IMG/VR virus record: IMGVR_UViG_2531839446_000015
Length of the DNA stretch: 30,340 bases
Direction: 5' to 3' (one strand)
From: a virus
Taxonomy: Duplodnaviria; Heunggongvirae; Uroviricota; Caudoviricetes
A program made the position numbers and the translations under genes. The first letter of the stretch is position 1. Each line of letters begins with the position of its first letter. Below, in pieces: positions 26,166-30,340 of the stretch. The notes under the pieces were generated by a model. It saw nothing but the letters and a program-made list of their open reading frames with translations. It had not been told where the DNA came from and ran no database searches.

Positions 26166-27868
26166 TGATGAAACCAGTAAAACGCCTTTACCTTTCAACG
26201 GATGAAGTTCACCTGGTGGATGCCAGCCTGGTACTGGAGCTGAACAGCTGCGGCCGGGGCTTCATCACCGCAGAGACAACAACCGATTACACCGGAAAAC
26301 TGGTGCGGCTGGATGTAGGGTATACCGATCTGCTTTTGCGCTGGTTTACGGGGTACGTGGAGCGATCGCAGCCCGCAGAAAACGGTTTTCAGCGTCTGTT
26401 CATTCGTGAGCTGGTAGGTGTGTTTGAAAGGATGTGGCCGTGCTCATTTCAACATCCAACTTTACGCGAGGTTGCCAGCTGGCTGGAAGAAAACAGTGGT
26501 ATCTCGGTCAGTGTGCCTGATGCACAGTACAGCGATACCCCCATCCCACATTTTACCCATAACGGTACCGGCTATCAGTTGCTGAACAATCTGGGAAGGG
26601 CGTTCAGTATCCAGGATTACATCTGGTACCAGTTGCCTGATGGTTCGCTTTACGTCGGTGGCGCAGAAAAGTCACTGTTTGCCGGTCGTCCCGTAGAAAT
26701 CCCGTCAGAGTTCAGCCAGGGGGCTGCTGGTGGTAACTCTGTGACATTACCAGTGATCCAGACTATGCGGCCAGGGGTGGAGATGAACGGTGAACGCGTG
26801 ACTAAAGTTCACCTGACTAATGACACGATGGCGATCACATGGACGCCGAGAAACCGCGCAACGGGTAAACCTTTGCAGAAAACACCGGCGCAACGGCAGA
26901 TTGAAAGCCATTACCCGGAACTGGCATCCGGGCTTCATTTGCCAAAGACGGCCAGAGTCGTGGCGCATTCAGAGCCAGTAAAAAGCGGTAACTTTGCCGA
27001 TCCCTTCCGGCCACGTTACGCCGTGGACGTGCAACTGCTTGACGCAGACGGAAACCCGGACAATCAGACGCCTGTTTACTCAGCGGTGCCGCTGCCGGTA
27101 CCAATGGCCGGGAATGATTCAGGTATGTTTCAGTTCCCGCCTGAAGGGACGCTGGTTGAGGTCGCATTCACAGGAGGCAGACCGGATAAACCCTTTATCA
27201 GGCAGACGCTGCCGGATGGCACCAGTCTGCCGGACGTTAAACCCGGTGAGCAATTACAGCAGCAGCGGGAAGAAGTATCCCTGAGGGTGACTCAGGCGGG
27301 TGACTGGGTAAGGCAGACCGATCAGACCATCAGCGAAACATCAATGGTGCGAACCGTAAAAGCCGATACAGAACAGCGCGAACTGGTCAGCCGTGAAACC
27401 ACGGTGAAAGCCACGGATAAAACCACGGTACTGGGAACCGCCACATTGCTGGCCGGAGCCATCCAGCAGGTAAGCGCCGGTGATTATAGCCAGGCGGTGA
27501 AAGGTAACAGGCTGGCCAGTATTGAAGGAAACGAAGAAACGGACATAGCAGGACAGCAGTCCACTAAAGTGGGCGGTGCTGTAGCCGTGGAGGTTGGCGA
27601 AAGTCTGACAGAGAAGATTGCCGCACTGCGTAAATCAGTGGCTGCTGGCGGTCAGCAGGTCATGGGGGCAACTGTCCATATTGGCAGTGAGAGCATCAAC
27701 GCCCTGACCATGATGCTGGATACCATTGATTTACTGGCAGAGCTTGCGCAGCAATGCGCGAACCATTCGCACCCCACCGTTGGAACTCCAACCAATGCCG
27801 CCGCGTTCACACTGACGGCGACGAAAGCCGGGCAGACCCGGAGCAAATACCAGAATATAATTGCCTGA
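26165..27868 (+). CDS. Baseplate hub / central spike protein (gpV/gp5-like OB-fold domain)
   Basis: 567 aa; FQFPPEGTLVEVAFTGGRPDKPFI matches the gpV/gp5 OB-fold consensus (P2 gpV: VGEQVLILAVGGELDTAFVL); C-terminal ANHSHPTVG resembles the His-rich spike apex; about 300 aa of extra N-terminal sequence. Confidence 0.6.
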   Translation: MMKPVKRLYLSTDEVHLVDASLVLELNSCGRGFITAETTTDYTGKLVRLDVGYTDLLLRWFTGYVERSQPAENGFQRLFIRELVGVFERMWPCSFQHPTLREVASWLEENSGISVSVPDAQYSDTPIPHFTHNGTGYQLLNNLGRAFSIQDYIWYQLPDGSLYVGGAEKSLFAGRPVEIPSEFSQGAAGGNSVTLPVIQTMRPGVEMNGERVTKVHLTNDTMAITWTPRNRATGKPLQKTPAQRQIESHYPELASGLHLPKTARVVAHSEPVKSGNFADPFRPRYAVDVQLLDADGNPDNQTPVYSAVPLPVPMAGNDSGMFQFPPEGTLVEVAFTGGRPDKPFIRQTLPDGTSLPDVKPGEQLQQQREEVSLRVTQAGDWVRQTDQTISETSMVRTVKADTEQRELVSRETTVKATDKTTVLGTATLLAGAIQQVSAGDYSQAVKGNRLASIEGNEETDIAGQQSTKVGGAVAVEVGESLTEKIAALRKSVAAGGQQVMGATVHIGSESINALTMMLDTIDLLAELAQQCANHSHPTVGTPTNAAAFTLTATKAGQTRSKYQNIIA

Positions 27869-27880
27869 CCATGATAACAC

Positions 27881-27903
27881 GCCCGCATAATGCGGGCTTT
27901 TTT
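27881..27903 (+). terminator. Rho-independent terminator ending the late/tail operon
   Basis: GCCCGC-ATAAT-GCGGGC hairpin (27881-27897) followed by TTTTTT (27898-27903), 13 nt after the spike gene stop. Confidence 0.8.
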
Positions 27904-28312
27904 ATACCCTTCTCCAGACGCAGCAGAACGCACCCTCAGCACTTTAGGCAACAAATTAACCCAACTCAACACACATAAAAGATCGTGCGCATGGCGCTGC
28001 GTTGGCGCGACGATGCACCGACAAAATAAATCTTTCGCAGACAAAAACGGCGCTACACCGCACCCGCCTGCGGTTTCTGGATCTGGAAAATTTTTCTGTT
28101 TTATTTTTCTACAAAACAGACCGCCAGACCGCGCCGCTGCTGGCGGCTTTGCGGAGAACTGAAACTGAAATGATTGAAAAGGATTTCACTTTTTTTCAGT
28201 GAAAAGGATCTGTGAAGGATCGATGGGAAAATATAACTATCAGAATATAAAAGAGAAATTGAATTTTAGGTGGCGTTTGTGGATCGTTAGTTAAAGGGGG
28301 GGGATATTCTGT

Positions 28313-28344
28313 AAAAAAGCCCGCGACATCAGATGTGGCGCGGG
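28313..28344 (-). terminator. Rho-independent terminator for the minus-strand gene 28384-29100
   Basis: Stem CCCGCG (28320-28325) pairs with CGCGGG (28339-28344); on the minus strand it is followed by a U6 run (plus-strand A-run 28313-28318); 40 nt downstream of the gene stop. Confidence 0.65.
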
Positions 28345-28383
28345 ATGGATAGAAATTTATTCTTATAGAACAACTGAAAAAAA

Positions 28384-29100
28384 TTACTTTAAACTGAGTT
28401 TAAAATTTTTGAATTTACCATACAGGGTATCGCGTACAGAAAAGGAAGGAACCCAATTGAATCCTGTTCGCCATGGGCGAGGACTACCGTGAAAGCATAC
28501 AACTGAAACATCATCAGGAACTTTGCCAGTAGCATAATCTGATGCCAAGTCAGGGTTGTAACCTATCATTTTACGTGTGGCTATATGGCATTTGTAACTA
28601 ACAACAGATCCGGGAATTATATCTTGCCACAATACAGGTTTCATGACGCTACCCAGAAACCCCTGATCACCCCATTTATCTTCTGTTTGGCATTCATGCA
28701 TATTTTTTTCGGGGTCAGTCCAGAACGCATCCCAAACATATTGTTTGATAGACGCAGGAATGAACATAATGGATGAGTTAACCCTGGAAGGGTGGTTAAA
28801 CTCCCGCAGCATAGTGAACTCTTTCGCCGCATCAAAGATTTTGATATCACCAGTTATGACAACATCAACGTCAAAATAAAGCAGATCCTTATCACCTATT
28901 ACCGGATGGTTTGGATTAAAAAGCTCAATCTTAGACCACCAACCTGGAAGGTTGTGCATTAACGGTGCGGTTTCAACACCAGGGATACTTCCAGCATCAG
29001 TTAAGCAAATTGAAGGTATGCCTTTAAATTGGCTATGCAGCCATTGTGCGTGTTTGGGGGTAAATTCTTTACCGCATTTAAGGACGGATACAATCAGCAT
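28384..29100 (-). CDS. Putative glycosyltransferase-like protein (DxD-type motif), AT-rich cargo or flanking gene
   Basis: 238 aa; motif LLYFDVDVVITGD resembles the DxD region of GT-A fold nucleotide-sugar transferases; AT-rich relative to the prophage; own terminator. Functional call is weak. Confidence 0.4.
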   Translation of the reverse strand: MLIVSVLKCGKEFTPKHAQWLHSQFKGIPSICLTDAGSIPGVETAPLMHNLPGWWSKIELFNPNHPVIGDKDLLYFDVDVVITGDIKIFDAAKEFTMLREFNHPSRVNSSIMFIPASIKQYVWDAFWTDPEKNMHECQTEDKWGDQGFLGSVMKPVLWQDIIPGSVVSYKCHIATRKMIGYNPDLASDYATGKVPDDVSVVCFHGSPRPWRTGFNWVPSFSVRDTLYGKFKNFKLSLK

Positions 29101-29281
29101 ATGGGAATCCCATTCTTTAGAGCAATAGTGTGCATTTTTTGAACATCGGCAATACTAAAATAAATAGTCAGGGCATAATTTTCTTAGGTAAGAGTCATGA
29201 TGCCTCATGCCATTCCTTACGTAAAGCTAGGCAGACTCAGCATAATGAGGGGACAAAAAGGGGACGCTGACCACTACAAAC

Positions 29282-29309
29282 AAAAAAGCCACTCCGTCAG
29301 AAGTGGCTT
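29282..29309 (-). terminator. Rho-independent terminator just downstream of the tRNA-like fragment
   Basis: Stem AGCCACT (29288-29294) pairs with AGTGGCT (29303-29309); followed on the minus strand by a U6 run (plus-strand A-run 29282-29287). Confidence 0.6.
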
Positions 29310-29335
29310 AATTATATGATTATAAAGCTAAAATT

Positions 29336-29380
29336 TGGTGGCCCCTTGGACTTGAACCAGCGCCCGGGCGATTATAAGTC
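29336..29380 (-). tRNA. Partial tRNA (3' half, anticodon loop to CCA), tRNA-Ile2/Met(CAU)-like; probable attachment-site remnant
   Basis: Minus-strand sense GACTTATAATCGCCCGGGCGCTGGTTCAAGTCCAAGGGGCCACCA aligns with my recollection of E. coli ileX from the anticodon loop to the 3' end (GACTCATAATCGCTTGGTCGCTGGTTCAAGTCCAGCAGGGGCCACCA), with a few substitutions and a 2-nt gap. Upstream sequence is AT-rich and cannot form an acceptor stem, so it is not an intact tRNA. Confidence 0.5.
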
Positions 29381-29556
29381 TTATGGTGTAACCTTTTGAT
29401 ATTTATATATAAATTTTATTTTTATGTGAATTTTAAGGATCTCTAACCGCTTTATTTTTGGCTAAAAAACCCGCAGTTGTAGCAATGATGCGGGTTGAGT
29501 TAGTCTTTAAAACTGAAATTGATCAGCCATAGCGTTCATAGGTAGCTGCGTATGCA

Positions 29557-29721
29557 TTAACGTTTTTTAGGTGGTGGGGCTACTTGCTGCGTTTGCTGCG
29601 TTTGCCGTGGTGGTTGATAACCATTGTTCTGCTGATTTGGCCTACTTGATGGTTGATATCCCTCATTTATAGGTTGCCAGCCATCATATTTAGTATTGTT
29701 TGCCGGTTTTTCTTCAGCCAT
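29557..29721 (-). CDS. Gln/Pro/Asn-rich micro-protein (54 aa), putative
   Basis: MAEEKPANNTKYDGWQPINEGYQPSSRPNQQNNGYQPPRQTQQTQQVAPPPKKR; its ATG overlaps the stop of the upstream membrane-protein gene (ATGGCTGA). Below the 60-aa track cutoff. Confidence 0.3.
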   Translation of the reverse strand: MAEEKPANNTKYDGWQPINEGYQPSSRPNQQNNGYQPPRQTQQTQQVAPPPKKR

Positions 29722-30340
29722 TTTTTACCTCACTATTGTTGGGAGAATGTAATTTTACCTCAATAAACTCAACACTTTCTATTTCATTAGTCAATATTAT
29801 TATGCCTAATGTATCAGCTAGTTCGTGATCGAAATCGCCATTCTCATCAAGCGCCCAATGTTTCTCAAGATAGATTTGTTCGGGTTCTGGACTATTGGAT
29901 GCAAATGAGTCACTTCCATAAAAACCACCATATTTTTTACCGTTTTTTAGTGTTACCAATACCCAGCAGCGTTGTCTGGTTGAGAAGAAGTAGTCCCAAG
30001 AGCGCCCTATAGGGTGTGGAAGAATATTTTTGACTTTTTCCCAGTTACGAATTTTTAGCAATGCAACAGGTAATAGTACAGGTATTACAATTAAAACTAA
30101 AAAGTAAAAAATGTAATATAAAATAGGGTGTTTCAAAAAAATGTCATTTGTTTCAATTAGATAAATTGGTATTAAAAGAAATGAAAAATTTATGCAACTA
30201 TATGAAACAACGTCAATTAAAACTTTTGATGTATCCAAATCAATTGATGGGTGAAATAGTCTGTAAACTCTCATGCTGATAAATCCGGGCATAATGAACA
30301 GTACAAATAAAAACAATTTCCCCTTCTCTAAAATGTCCAT
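29714..30340 (-). CDS. Membrane protein (three predicted TM helices plus C-terminal soluble domain), AT-rich island gene; 5' end at window edge
   Basis: 208 aa ORF with hydrophobic segments LFLFVLFIMPGFI, CINFSFLLIPIYLI and YYIFYFLVLIVIPVLLPVALL; AT-rich codon usage unlike the prophage. The ATG coincides with the last bases of the window, so the true start may lie beyond it. Confidence 0.5.
   Translation of the reverse strand: MDILEKGKLFLFVLFIMPGFISMRVYRLFHPSIDLDTSKVLIDVVSYSCINFSFLLIPIYLIETNDIFLKHPILYYIFYFLVLIVIPVLLPVALLKIRNWEKVKNILPHPIGRSWDYFFSTRQRCWVLVTLKNGKKYGGFYGSDSFASNSPEPEQIYLEKHWALDENGDFDHELADTLGIIILTNEIESVEFIEVKLHSPNNSEVKNG

Noticed and set aside
27890-28202. Plus-strand ORFs 27890-28162 and 28002-28202 in the right flank
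   Set aside because: They lie downstream of a strong terminator, have no ribosome-binding sites and give low-complexity translations; the region is more likely att and non-coding sequence.
29336-29411. Possible intact tRNA gene
   Set aside because: Only the 3' 45 nt look tRNA-like; the putative 5' half is AT-rich and cannot pair with the GGGGCC acceptor 3' strand, and the T-stem is disrupted. Treated as an att remnant, not a functional tRNA.

Overview
The window is dominated by a temperate myovirus prophage of the P2/186 lineage, roughly 60 to 28,300, with a second AT-rich element at the right flank. All calls rest on reading the six-frame translations and recalled family motifs; no database search was run. 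The prophage runs: integrase and 186-type CI repressor (minus strand), a rightward early operon (Apl/Cox-like, 186 CII-like, five small uncharacterised genes, Dam methyltransferase, rolling-circle initiator A), an Ogr/Delta zinc-finger gene, leftward portal and large terminase, then rightward scaffold, capsid, small terminase and head-completion genes. The tail module is not P2-ordered: R/S-like completion proteins, putative sheath and tube, an embedded lysis cassette (holin, M15 endolysin, overlapped Rz/Rz1), a chaperone with a -1 frameshift site, tape measure, baseplate W/J/I-like, tail fibre, fibre assembly, two unknowns and a hub/spike protein, ending at a strong terminator (27881-27903). 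The most unusual item is a stand-alone His-rich ORF (13539-13775) built from 4.4 near-perfect 45-bp tandem repeats, inserted between small terminase and head completion. The right flank (28200-30340) is AT-rich and carries a glycosyltransferase-like gene, a degenerate 3' half of a tRNA-Ile2-like gene with its terminator, and a membrane-protein/micro-ORF pair. I found no recognisable defence system; the candidate accessory loci are flagged below.
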